From Tubiluchus corallicola (Eukaryota > Animalia > Priapulida): a stretch of DNA of 64,000 nucleotides. The stretch lies in NCBI GenBank assembly GCA_030141605.1, contig JAQGDQ010000589.1, positions 70,864 to 134,863 on the forward strand, in the 5' to 3' direction. Below the pieces are notes generated by a model that saw only the letters and a list, made by a program, of their open reading frames with translations, was not told the DNA's origin and made no database searches. Of the stretch, positions 25,621-41,060 are shown one piece after another. The translations under genes were made by a program, and so were the position numbers. Numbering within the stretch: the first letter of the stretch is position 1; the number at the start of each line of letters is the position of its first letter.

Positions 25621-25879
25621 TTGCCAAATATATGGGCGCTGAGCTGACATTATAAAGAGGGGGGGGGGGTATTATAACGAGGTCTGGCTGTATATCGTAA
25701 ACTGTTACAATACCAGTTAGGGTATTAACAAAATTTTTGGAATAATGACTAAAGTGAACAAGCTTATGTTTTTCACCCTTTAACTCTATTTATGTGGCTT
25801 AAAGCTTCAAGTAAACAAACTTTTTAACTATCACACGGATTTTGTAACACTCATGCTGTATTCCGTTAAAGTACAAGAA

Positions 25880-26400
25880 AACCCTCCACTTATATCAAAC
25901 TTAAAAATTTTAAGTACATTTTATACCGCTTATGTACTGCCTTTTTGCACACAGAGCTTGTGCCGGCAGTAACGCTGAAAAAATAATCAGAGTATTCATA
26001 GCACACAGAAGATTCACTAAGAAAAATTTTGAATTACTGTTTTTTATGTTAATGAGTGGTGCACCCTGGAGTCAACGACATTTTACCAATTTGTGAAAAC
26101 ATTTTAAATAATTATTTTTTTCTAGTTACATAAGTCTTTCAAGCAAGTAATATAACTTACATGGAAAGTTTTTTAGGACATAATTTAACATTTCCTTTTG
26201 TTCAACTAATTTACGCTGTGTGTAGCGACTCCATGTAATGGCAACTTCGGAACAGTATCACGGGAAATTTAAAATGAAAACAAAAAAACAAAAATGCGTT
26301 CAACGCGAGTATGATATATGCAAAAAATTACTATAAAGTAATATAATTTTTTAAGGCGATTTTTCTGAAACCTACTTCAGGTGCCCCTTTTCTTGTCGTT
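25880..26400 (+). repeat. Diverged direct duplication, copy 2
   Basis: Same blocks as 23450-23990. Confidence 0.8.
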
Positions 26401-26446
26401 TAAGTTTATAACATACAAGTTTTCAGCTTAGAAATTCGCGTCACAG

Positions 26447-28544
<2,098 letters not shown>

Positions 28545-28545
<1 letters not shown>

Positions 28546-29560
28546 AGTGCTCACCGTTGTCACCCATTCTGCAATATTATGAGATCCATCGATCCATATC
28601 CACTCATCAAGTTTCCCTTCTTCTGAAAGTTTAGATGCAGATTGTATTTCTCCAAAACGCACTCCCACATAGCAATCGAATCTACTGCTTGATTTTGTAG
28701 CATCCCCAAAACTGTTTTGAGTCAAGAGATGCAAAACCTCTGTGAAATTGTATCGCATTTCACTTTCAATGAATTTCCTTATTCGTTTGCCCACTAGAGC
28801 ACCTGAATTTCCTTATTCGTTTGCCCACTAGAGCACCATTTAGTTCAAGTCTTGGGATCGTGTTGTGCTTCAGCGGAGCAATTTTACCCTTTGCCATTAT
28901 AGGCTGACTCTTACTACCTCCAGCAGTTAATTCCCAATAGGCGACAGCACCAAATCCTGTCTCACTAGCATCTGAAAGTATGATCAGCATCGGATCACCA
29001 ACAGTTTCTCTTGGCTGCAAGCATCTTGGGAATGATAAACTCTGAACATCATAGAGTTCTTGAGAAAATTAAAAGAACTTCTCCCGCAGATCCAATGGCA
29101 ATGCATCATCCCAGCCAAGTTTGTTAACCCAAGTTTCCCTTAGCAGTATCTTACTCTTCATGGTGACTGGAGTAAGAAAACCACATGGGTCAAACAGTGA
29201 CATGACTTGGCTCATGACCATCCGTCTTGTCAAAATGGTGGCATTTCTCTTGCTAAATCCTCGCGACATATGTCTATACCTATTAGTACTTTCCTCCACC
29301 TTTTTGTGAAATTGATCTTTGCATGAAATTTGAATTTGTCCACCACTGAGTCCCACACAACTCCCAACACTCGACCTTCCTCTTCTGAATTTGCAATCAC
29401 TTTGACCGAAGAGTCTTCTTCTGTAGTTGCTTCACCAGAAAAACGCCAACACTTCACTTTAAAATTTCCTCTTTTCAAAATATCTTCCTGTTCTTCTGAA
29501 AGCCAAAGTTCACAAATGCTACTGTTAAAAATGGTGACCACTTTTGCTGATTTCTTTCTT
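28545..29560 (-). mobile_element. BEL/Pao RT / Peptidase_A17 (RNase H) fragment
   Basis: ILKRGNFKVKCW, RVLGVVWD, TRRMVMSQVMSLFDPCGFLTPV, LGWDDALP, SDASETGFGAVAY, KIAPLKHNTIPRLELNGA; contains a 34-bp tandem duplication at 28770-28837. Confidence 0.93.
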
Positions 29561-29599
29561 GTTTCGAAAATAAAGATGTTAAAATTTTTGTCATAGAAA

Positions 29600-30230
29600 G
29601 TATTTTGCTATAGAAGGTAAGATCTTTGTGCCTGAATTAAATGTTTCGGTCTGTAATAAAACAACTTTGTGTTTGTACACACAAAATGACATGGAAGGGC
29701 AAAAGGCCTCAGCTTATAAGGTCCTATTGCTATATGTGGAGCAATCACTAAATATAGTTCGAACTTATAAATACTTAGGCAGTGACTTTTGTACTTCTGG
29801 TTCATTTTTTCATTTTAATTGGGTAAAGGTAATTGAACTACCATACAATTGTTATGTTGGCCAATCATATCGTGCAAATAAAGCAATATCTTAATAATCA
29901 GAACTTCACTAGTTCTACATAACTACATAACTTTTAAATCCCATATAAATTAGAAAACTACTTGTTGTCAGGTTTCTGCATTTTCTAATTTAGTCTATAT
30001 TTATCTTGATTTATCTCATTGTTCGACTATTTTCTTATCTTGTGTAACTTGAGCTTGGGTCATTTCATTTGGTTTTGATTTGTTTTTGCTTAGCTTCACT
30101 GTATGTTGTACAAATTTGAGTTTCATACATGAATTCACTTCCATAAATTTATTATCGCTCAACATTTGCTTCTTACATTAATTGTTGTCTATTGGGACAA
30201 ACAATAAATGATTTGATTTTGATTTGATCT
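29600..30230 (+). mobile_element. LINE 3' fragment with (TTTGA)n tail
   Basis: TYKYLG motif; ends AATAAA-tgatttgattttgatttga. Confidence 0.5.
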
Positions 30231-31734
30231 GTGAGAATCATGTGGTGTATTACACCTTGATGATTGATCATGTCCATTGTCACAGATACACCTAAACAAA
30301 AAATAAATATCTGGTTGCACCTTGAACATAGAATACTGAATAATAAAGCGATGCCTAGAATGCAATGATGCAATAAGCTTTCTACAAAATTTTGAAAGAA
30401 CAATAACTCTAAATATACTTGCTCTATAATGAAGCTTGGTGCAACAACCATCATTTTTCTGTCATCTTGACCTGCACTCACCACTAGGGGTCTATAATTC
30501 GGGTTTATAAATTATAAACTATTTTTGCACGTATGTGTACAACACTGTTGGAGAGATCAAATGATATACGATTACAGCAGACAATTATTCATTTAAACAA
30601 AGAAGATGGACTGGGAACTTGATGAAGAAACTTGCAATCATTTTTTTGTAAAATGTAGACAATGTTCACTTCAGTAACAAAATTGAACAAACAGTCATAA
30701 AAATTAGCAACATGATACTGTAGAAATTTTGTAATCTTCAACATTACTGTCATCCTTTATTGCATCCTTTAACATTGCTGTCTAGATCAACAGAAACTTG
30801 CATGCCTGAGCGAAGTGAGCTGCCATCACATGACCAGAGATTCAAGTTCCTACTGGAAGGTACATCGCATTCATGCATACAGACCATAACTGGAAAGGTC
30901 ACCTATACTCTACAGACTACTAGTTAATCCAAAATCAAAGTCTACTTGGCTTCTTTGATGGCAGAATTAAGATTGTTTGTTTACAGAAAGCTTTGTTATA
31001 ATGTTATAATTTTTCTCTATTTTAACTTGAATAATAAGAGAGTTTAGAACCAGAATTACAGCATTAACAATGAAATTAACAATCTAATAACTCTGATTAA
31101 TGAATATCTACAAAAGCAAAAGTAAACAATATTTAGAAACAAAATCAATCTCAGACAAACTTTGTACAATTAGAGTAAAACAACGACTGTAGATGGCAGC
31201 ATTGACTAATTCAGTACTTTAGTGTAGTAGACTGACAATTAAATGGGTCACATAATACTACAATCGCGTACTCGGTACAATTAGCACACTTGGCTTCATG
31301 GCACGATAGTCTAACTATATGCAGACACTTAAGACGTTTCAAGCGGGTAGGCAGTACTTAAGTGGCAAATCAGGAACATTCACTGACACCGCCATGCACA
31401 CAAATAGCCTCATTGCGAAATGAGTCTCAGTGTGCAAAAAATAAATATTTCTAGTGTGATTCGTGGAACTAATGTTAACGTGGAAGAAATTGTTGCCATT
31501 AAGAATCTAGACGAGTAAGAGCACTCGTGCTTTCGTTAACCTGATTTGCGTATTAATCATACAAAAGCTGATTGAGAAATCTATGCTTGTTAAAACGATC
31601 GCTAGAGTTGAATTGAATAACGAAAGAAAATTAAAATTTGCGTTTTCAAATACAAAAGTTTGTGTTAACGTTTGACTCTACAAGCTGTTGCAAAAAATTG
31701 TGCTTGTGTATATCGTAAGTTTTTGTCAGCCGCA

Positions 31735-32010
31735 ATGCGTGTATATGATTTTTGTAAAATTAGTCTTATTTGTACTTTGGCTATTTTAATTTTTCATGCT
31801 CTCTACGTTTTGAAGTTTGCCGTCGTAACTCAGCCTAGGTCTAAATGTAGCAACAGTAACAAAGTTGACGTACCATCGCATGGTACCTGCAACGAACAAA
31901 AATTTGTTGGCATGAAAAACATGGTGGGATACGTGAACCAGTCTGAGCTGCTTTCTGTATCAAGACTATTAACTACAGGGAGTAACAGCAGAAAAACCAG
32001 AGGCTCTAAT
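31735..32010 (+). CDS. First coding exon of an unidentified type II membrane protein
   Basis: ATG 31735, MRVYDFCK-ISLICTLAILIFHALYVL-K (TM), then a stem region; donor GTAAGC at 32011. Confidence 0.55.
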
Positions 32011-32294
32011 GTAAGCAAAAATAATATAATAATTACTATAGTTATATAATATTAATTATAATAATGATAGTATTTACACCAAGCAACAACTATAGGATAG
32101 CTGTAAGAAGATTTTGAATATTTGCTGAGAAAGAATATATTCTTCAGTTATTATATTCCTGTTGTATTTTTATTTTTAGTATCTCCTTTGGTATTGAAAA
32201 GAACGCCTAAATATTTGTACGGACAGTAGAACGCAGTGTGTTAAAGATGTGTTTACAAGTAATAGAACAGGTGTTCATTTAGAGAGGAAAAGTT

Positions 32295-33530
32295 TGTCAC
32301 AGGTGTTTGAATTTAAGAGAAGCGAAACTGAATTTTATAACATGGAGTGGTTAAGAGTATATACCTCCTGTAATGTAATGCGAGTTGCTGGACTATAATT
32401 GGGAAGGAGCGGGAATAACCTCATTTCTTGAACAGAAGTTTATGACCCAAGCTACGCGAAGGACAAAGGCGAAGCGGAGTTTCTCAGGTGAGAGGCTACG
32501 CGACCTGGACATCTGGTTGAACTATTGCACCACCTTGAGCGTCAGCACGCGAGATGATGAAATCTCCGCATGGGTATATAAGATGGTGTTTGACAAGGGC
32601 TCAGGGTGAAGAGTCGGCGGCGAGGAGTTGGAACTAAGTGGTTGTGGGTGAACCACGTGCAGAGAGAGAGAGAGAAGAGACTGGAGAAGCAAAGACAACG
32701 TAAGACCAGCGTGGACATCGAATCTGCGTACTCAATGAATTGAGCACTGGGCTACGAATCAAGTCTTGCAACGGATTTGGAATTGACCAATTGAACAGTC
32801 ATCATTGGTCATTCCACCAAGTTAAATGAACTTAACGTATCGTAACTTGAGAGCAACTCTGCATAGTAAATTCACAGTGTAATAGACACCTTAAGTGTGA
32901 CGTGTGGTTGATTGTAATAATAATATGTTTCACATTGTAAATTAGCACCTTAAGTGCGAAGTGAGGAAATCGTTAAGGGAAACTGTTTAGTATCTCTGGG
33001 AGCTAATTATAAATTGTGATCGTCTTTTGCGATTAAGTACATATATTGTAATTTAGCAAACTAAGAGTAATTGTTGTAAACAATAAACGGATCTCGCTTA
33101 ATCATAAATGATTAGTTCGAGTATGCTTAGAGGTGTCTCAGTTAAGCAACATCGAATTCTGTAAACGAATCTAAGGATTTGCTGTGTACATTAAGTATTC
33201 TACGAGTTCAATTGCGGGAACTTTTGCTAGATAGCTTTAGAGATTAAGACTTTTTCACAACGCGGAGTCGTAGAAACAGTCTTGTGAGAAGGAATTATTG
33301 CTCTATAGATTTTATCTTAAGCTCTAGTAGCCGGGTTACGAATAACCTTTTAGCAATTAATGTAATAGACGTGAATCCCTCCTTCAGTCTTAAGTCAAGT
33401 TTTATACGATCACATGTGTCACATAAGAATCAATATTAATTAGGGAGATTAATATAGCATATCAAAGAGTGACTAAGATAATAAAGTGATAACTGGTACT
33501 CGGATCCAGGATCATTAAGAAGGAGATAAT
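32295..33530 (+). mobile_element. LTR-like element, copy 1
   Basis: Purine tract agagaggaaaag then TGTCACA; shares ordered motifs with 34938-36050; AATAAA at ~33082; 3' end uncertain. Confidence 0.55.
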
Positions 33531-34937
33531 ACGTTTGTATTGTTTTGTGATGTAATAATATGATAATTGTAATTGTCCAGTCATCTAAATACAATTTTAA
33601 AACCTAAAATAAATCTTTCATAATTTATTTGTAGCTTTAGATACCCACAATAAACTCCAAAATGCTCATAATATAATTTTATTTTTTCTTAAATTATAAA
33701 TGTAGTCTACTTCGAGCTCTGTTACGTTAGTTTACGGCAGAATGTTCAACAACCTTCACCTGCTCTCCCAACCTTTTCATTTTTTATAATAAAAAAGCTT
33801 TCAATAAAAGTGTTAACAGCCACCGTCACGACAGCCTTATTATCTGCATTACTAATCGTAATTTCTTGGTATTAGTACCTGGTGTGACATCTTTTTTGTA
33901 ATTATGTTTCTCCAATCTAAAAGCAGGAGTACTGAACTATACTTACGCTCCTCCTCCCAATTGACCCGCAGGCAAACCGGCTTTTCCCCTGATATCAAAA
34001 AAACATTTTTGATTTTTCTGTTGCTCTTTGGTAGCTGTAACGTCACGGCTGAAACTTATTAGCGCCGTTAATCATAGATTATCCTATCATAACAGCCACA
34101 ATATTGTTAGTCATATTTAAACAACAAAGGCTATATTTTGTTGTTTAAATATAGGATTTATTAGCAGGATCTCGCTTGGGGGAACAAGAAAAATGAACAA
34201 TATGTAGGTAAGTATCTAACTAGCTGTTAAAACTGTTACTGTTACAAACAATGGGCTGTGACGCTGTACCATCTGACGATTGGGGGTAGGTTGTTTGATC
34301 AAAGGTAGTTGTTGGTTTACAATTTGACTGGACTGACCGAGCTAAAGAAAAGGGGGACCAATCATCTACCTGTCAGCTCCAGACATTGGCGAGCTTATAG
34401 GCAGTCAACGGGTGAGGGGGGCTGTTTATTGAGCAGAGTGGTTCGGATGTGGGGTAATCTGTTGTACTCATTATGATAATGCAAACGATAATGGGTAGGC
34501 AACTAATACACAAACAATCAATTGCATAAATATTGTAGAAATAATTACTAAGCAATAACAAAGAATGTATGTAAAAAAACACTATCATTAGTCAAACACT
34601 AATTTAACTACTTTTGAATGAGCTAAATATGGTTACCTTTTACCATGTTTCCAAAATAAACAAAACACTTTAAGCCGGGGACTTACTGTATCAAGTCAAT
34701 AAACTAACAAATAAATTGGCAAATGATGTGCAACAGCTAAAGCCAACTAAAAAGGGGTATCCATGTGCTTATGTTATGAATAAATTTCGGAAAACGAATT
34801 TCGGTAAATATTAATTGAGTTATCAGATGAATTAGATTCAGATGATAAACTCGCGTCTCCCTGATTTTGTCAAGGAAATTTATATAGATTGAATATGGAA
34901 CTCACCCAGCTGGCGCTCGAATTTAATGAGTTAAAAT

Positions 34938-36050
34938 TGTCACACGATAGTGGAAGGACAGGTGTAGAATTCGAGAAGACACTGTTGTTTAAGCAGCATG
35001 CATGCAGAGTGGAAGACAACAAGTAGAAGGTCACTAGCAATTAGTTGTCGCGTGCAAGGAAGATAATTAAGAGAGCCAAGGTCTAGTATCAGTGCTCATC
35101 GAACATTAAGATGAAATCAAAAGTTATGCCGCCCAGATGGTGCGGAAGAAGTCAAAAGCGGCAAAATGTAGGAACAGTCATTATTGGTTATAAAATCAGA
35201 AAGTGAAAGTGTTAGCCTTTGTCCAGGAGGTAGAGTGTTGCCAGATGGCGCAGACTTTTGAGATATAAGCTCAGGAAAAATATTCCAACAACACACAACG
35301 GGGTAATGTGAGCATCACATACACCACGAGCGAGAGAGGGAGTCTGACAGTGGTTGCTGCCATATCATGTTGTGTCCGGGACATCTTCTGAGAGATAGAA
35401 GCAACGTTTGCCCAGCGTGGAGGAACAATCTACGTACTTAGCATAGACTGAGCACTGGTGCTACGTAGTCTCGATAGGAAACAGGGATTTGGCCAATAGC
35501 AGTTGTACATTGGCCAATCCACAAGTTAAGTGTTTTAACTTATCTATTTTGTATTTTGTATCTGATATAGTTGTAACCGTAATGTTGTATGAATTAAGCA
35601 CCTTCAGTGCATCATACCAATATCGTAAGTCATTAAGTGAATAGCATCTTCTCTGGAGCTAGACATTAGTTGTAAACGCCCACCGGCGTATAAGGCCAAA
35701 TCTTGTATTGGAACCAGAGGTGATTAAATTGTAAACTGTAAAGTTCAATAAAGTCTATCCGCTTTGTTAACTTAGACATTGAGTTTGTGAATGTTTAAAG
35801 CGTTATCGGTGACTCGTAATCGCAACACTAAATCCTTCATTCGAACCTGAAGCGATTTGCAGTGTAAATGAGAGCTCATTTGCGGGACCTTAGCGACTTA
35901 ACTAAAGCCCTCGGAGTCGGGTAATCGATAACCGATCAATTACCTATAAGCAATCGATAAGCGAATCCAAATCATTAATTAATTCAATCATTTAAGATCA
36001 CTCTATACTATACGATCACATTAGAGAGTGAGAAATTGATACTTAACTAA
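34938..36050 (+). mobile_element. LTR-like element, copy 2 (diverged relative)
   Basis: Starts TGTCACA; shares tgagcactgg..gctacg, ccaat..attgg, agcacctt.agtgc, ggagcta, aataaa, ttgcggga.ctt, tatacgatcacat with copy 1. Confidence 0.55.
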
Positions 36051-37916
36051 AAGCCACCCCAAATGATGCAGTCCTCACTAGCGCTATGATGATCAACCAG
36101 CATTATCTCTCTTAGAAAGTACACAATGGTTGAGTAGACCTATTAAGTCTAACGTAGGGCGCCTCTATGATGAGGCTGCAGCTCAGTGTCTCTTAATGTC
36201 GCCACAAATTTCTTGAACAGCAGGGAGGTTAAGTCCAGCTTCCACGCAACTGCTAGCATCAGCAAAGCAAATACTCAATCGTGCAACTTACAGTCTCTGG
36301 GTTGTTACCGTACTGGGGGTGCCTCGTCACCTCAAACATGGATCCGCCTCTCAACGGTTTGTCGGTACGCCCATAACACTTCCCAGCGATACGATTACAG
36401 CAATGAGACAAAGTCTTAATTGTCACCAAACTTCGTGGAAATGTCTCTCATCAAAAACATCTGCCCACTCAGTTGTTCAATAGTTTCACACCTCATGGAT
36501 ATACGTTATAACTGACTACGTGGACAATACTACTCACGTCATATCAGTCTACGTGCCGTACCTGGAGTAAAGTTGCTGACCTCTTTTCGATACCTGCTAG
36601 AGTAGTCGTAGGCATAGGTATACGCTGGCTTCCTACAGCTATCATTACAAGCGATTAAACTGGCCCTCCCGCAGTACTTACTAACCTTGACTAATGGCTA
36701 TTATCGTTTACAGGCCATAGAAAAGATGTTTTTCATACTAATATTACTTTACTTCCACATTTGATCGAAATGTAGAATACATATTGAGAATTGCACAGCA
36801 TAGAATGGCCAAAAATGATTGGGAATGTATTTTCTTTCCCAAACACTGCAACTGGGATGGCCAACCAACTGACAGACTAACTGAACAAACACCATACTCA
36901 CATGACATAAGCTGCTACACTAGTCTATTTATGTAGGAAGCAGACATGCGCGTTTTAGACGCATTGTCAAGTACACGAATACGTTGTCTGATGCACTTAA
37001 CCTTTGACCTTTCACAATCATCGTCAATCGTTGTGAAAACGGCTTATTATTTTTATACAGGCTGGCACTTGACAAACCCTATTGAATACTTAATGACAAA
37101 GCCTGAGCCTATTTAATGTCAAAGCCTGTGGCTGCAAGAATTTTACATTTCTTACAATGCAGTTTATTTTGAATCTTATTCGATCACAATATTCTACGGC
37201 ACACACTCGCGCAAACAGTCAAGCAATAAAAAACTAGTAATATCAACGCGTTAATTATGCAACATAGTAAAACCTGAGACAAAAAATACAAACGCCGTTA
37301 CCGTAAGCTGCTCTAAGTTACTGCAAATCACATATCTATCAAAATTTACAGAAAGAGCAGAGGTAAGATTTTGCGCAGTAGCTGTTAATCAAGTAAGATT
37401 TCGTATCATCAGCACAAATTCTGATGAAAGCATTAACTTGAATATACGTTAGCTGAGTTTGGTAAGCACTATCTTTCAATCTGCACATATAATAATGGCC
37501 TAGAGTACTTCTCATAGGCACTAATATTGCTCCAATATACAATTGATCATTGCCGAGCATCAAAAATTTATCGGCAGAATTACCAGAGCTAAAATTGCTG
37601 ATGTTCTCAATAGCAAAATAAAGACAACAGTTTATCAGTTTATGTAAATTTCATATAGTTGATCAACAAAAGTTGATCATTGGCATTCAGAATGTGATTT
37701 AATAAGTACTTGCCGAAGAAAGCACCAATTCAATTTACTTTCCTGTAAGTTTATTAACATATAACTACATAAAGTAAAACAGGTTACAAAACGCAGCCAT
37801 GTTTCGGTGTCAGCAACTGAAATAACAATGATAGCAACGGCAGCTGCAACAATGGCAATGGGAGCAACTGCAATGCCAACGTCACTAGCAATGCTGGCAG
37901 TTGCAGTTACAATGTG

Positions 37917-38335
37917 GACACCAAGCAGTTCAAGCACCAAGCAGTACAAACACCAAGCACTGCAAACACCAAGCACTGCAAACACCAAGCACTGCAAACA
38001 CCAAGCAGTACAAACACCAAGCAGTTCAAACACCAAGCAGTACAAACACCAAGCACTGCAAACACCAAGCACTGCAAACACCAAGCAGTACAAACACCAA
38101 GCAGTTCAAACACCAAGCAGTACAAACACCAAGCACTTCAAACACCAAGCAGGGCAAGCGCCAAACAATGCAAGCACCAAGTGGCGCAAAAACGCCAAGC
38201 AGTGCAAGCGCCAAGCAATGCAAGCACCACGTGGAGCAAAAACACCAAGCAGTGCAAACGCCAAGCAATGCAAGCAGCAAGTGGCGCAAAAAACCATGTG
38301 GTGCAAATTCATTTGGTGCAAAAACCATGTCATGC
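37917..38335 (+). repeat. 16-bp minisatellite (CAAACACCAAGCAstn), about 25 units
   Basis: Head-to-tail units ending ACTG/AGTA/AGTT, degenerating 3'; preceded by GCAACR/GCAATG hexamers. Confidence 0.95.
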
Positions 38336-38870
38336 CTTAAAAACATTACCCTACAGGAGCACATCAATGCGCAAACTGCCCACGAATCTTTCAATTATTC
38401 ATTGATCTTCACGAAAATGAAGTTGCATCTCAAACAATTCAAACTTATTTTGATGTTGTTTTTCTTGTTTTTTGTGCACGATAAATAACTGTCACATGTT
38501 TTTGTCATCGTTATCATTACCATCATCGTCATTAATTTTAACAAATCTTTATTATTAAACAATTAAAATTGATTTTTCTAATTAAATTAATCATCAAAGA
38601 GGGTAAAAACCTAGCACTTGAAAAGTTTGAAAATACCAGGTATAAAGTGTCCAAAGTTGCCTAACTAGAAAATATTACTGGTTCAACGACTACAAACTCG
38701 TTCAACGCTGGTACACGTTCAACAACACGTTCATGATAGTATGTTTCCGTGTACAGCAACTGGGGAAAATGAAAGTAGGAGACACAGCGTAAATACACGT
38801 ATCAAAACTTACAGTTCGGGGAGAAAGTTTTACGACAGATTTTTAACGTCAAATTTTATGTGTGTTTCAG

Positions 38871-39035
38871 CTGCCGTTGTGTGAACCAAAGGAATGTGTT
38901 GCCAAGGAACTTTCCAGACTAGAGAATTACGCTCGACATAGAGAAATTTACAACAGCACCTTACTGGAGTCATTTGCAGCTTCAATTGGTAGCAGTAAAT
39001 CACAACACGAAAACGACCCAGGACAGAAGAAATAG
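38871..39035 (+). other. Candidate terminal coding exon
   Basis: Acceptor tgtgtttcag, then 54 open codons LPLCEPKECVAKELSRLENYARH..KK and TAG; no family motif recognised. Confidence 0.3.
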
Positions 39036-39529
39036 AAGCTTCTGATGATTAAATTAGAACAACTGAGAAAAAAGTCTTTAGTGATTTACTTCATATGACA
39101 ATCCTAATTTATTTATGAAACATTTTTATTTCACACTTTTGTATTTGGCCTGCTAACATAACTTGGGACTGTGATGACAAGGGTTGTAGCCTGTAATTAT
39201 TATTATAATGATAACTGCTTACAGATTTCTCGTGTGGGAGATATTCTGTTATTTGTTATTATCAACCGAATCTGCAAAAATATCTGAAGCTGGAATCGAA
39301 CCAGCAACGTTATTTAATGTTATGAATCAGCAGAATTGGAGAGCGTACCCCCCCCATTGAAAAAACATTCTTAATGTAAAAGATACCAGCAGTTTATTGT
39401 CAGGATGTTTTTGTCCAAAGTTTGCCTAAAATTTAGTGTACAATAACTGTGGCCCTATAAATGTGAGAAAAAAACAGCATGTAAATAAACAAACTACAAT
39501 ATTAAACTATAGATAACTACATACAAATG

Positions 39530-40556
39530 ATCAGGCAAGTATGTTCGAGCCTATCCATGCTTGTAAAACTAACATTTTAAAAGTGCACCCACAACTCATT
39601 TGTAGCCAATGAGGACTAACCAAAGTATAATTGATGCACTGTAACTTTGTAACACCTGTTCTCAACTTTTGACATTTACCTCAAAGCCCCTGTCAGACAG
39701 AGTTGTACAGAATCTCAATGGTGCAAGCGATAAGGAACAAAGTTCGCGTCATGAAAAGTGAACGCATGTTAATCAATGGTCCCTGACACACAGAATCCGT
39801 TTGCCTCTTCTACCAACCGAGGCTTGCCTACCATGAGTCGACAGCCATAGTCCGCTGTGGGCTCCTCATAAGCCATTTTCAGCAGTTCATAAAGTGGTTT
39901 ATTGTGAAATGAATTTGGCCATTATTTCACTTGCCACAATGCATTTTTGCTTATTACTAACGAGGTTCTTTGTTTATTTGTGGTTTTTACAGCATATAAT
40001 TCGTTTATAAAAATTCATAACGTTCATATGCATAAAACTAAAGCATTTTAATCCGCAACACTTATTTACGATTGCAGTATCACGTAAAGACGTACAAAAC
40101 ACGTAAGAAATTATACAATGTATGGACCTCACAATCTATTATTACAGTAAACTGATATACAGAAATTCAAGTGTAACTGAAAACATTTTTCGTTATTACT
40201 CTTGATCGTTTGAAATAATTTTGCAATTTCTCCTTTACTTCGCCTTCTGCCATAAATGGATCTGAGCCACATTGTCCGTTTTGTTCGTTTGAGCTCTCCT
40301 TGCTTAACGTTACGAACCATAATGTAACCGGATCCAGTGATTGACGCATTTTCGACATTCTGAATTAGCCGGAAAACTAATTGAATTTTGTGCTTCCCGC
40401 CCAGAAAACGGACTGTGGCAAAACTCCTTGTTAGTTACCCAGAGAAAGACACAGAGTGCTGATTCCGACGGGCGCCTTGTAGAAGTTGGAAGACGCCTTG
40501 TGGCTTACGGATTACGGATTACGGTTTGCTATTTTTTTCTTTTATTGGGCGTCACT
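39530..40556 (+). repeat. Unclassified ~1 kb interspersed repeat, copy 1 (partner 55703-56674)
   Basis: Both start atcaggcaagtatgttcgagcctat and end gtcact, collinear throughout. Confidence 0.92.
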
Positions 40557-40974
40557 TAAATGGTTTTAAACTAACTTCTTTTACATAGGACATGTGCACC
40601 CAGTTTATGTAGCGAGCTTTCCTACTTTTGCTCTCCCATTTTGCTAAACTTCAATCATTTTTTACCACAAGGAAGAAAATTTTTGGTCATAATTTTAAGA
40701 ACTGGATCAGAGTTTTTTTATACAATAACATCGAAAGTTATGTACCTAACAATAGGTTGTACAGTAGTTTCTTCAATTACAGAAAAAATAAATAAATAAC
40801 TGCACTGCATGTCGTGTGAGGCCATTTAACACGATTCCTCTTCGAACCGTCACTTTTCTGACACTTTTAGTGTGAAAGTGCAACTCTTAGAGCAGATGTG
40901 ATTTTATATCTGTTGTTTGACCGATTTATCAGTGGAGTAAAAATGCATTGTTTCCATCACTTGGTATAATAACA

Positions 40975-41025
40975 ATAATAATAATAACAACAACAACAAC
41001 AATAATAATAATAATAATAATCATC

Positions 41026-41060
<35 letters not shown>

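Noticed and set aside
37917-38335. CRISPR-like array or repetitive protein gene
   Set aside because: Units are head-to-tail with no unique spacers, there are no cas genes and the context is eukaryotic; the ORFs arise from a stop-free 16-bp unit
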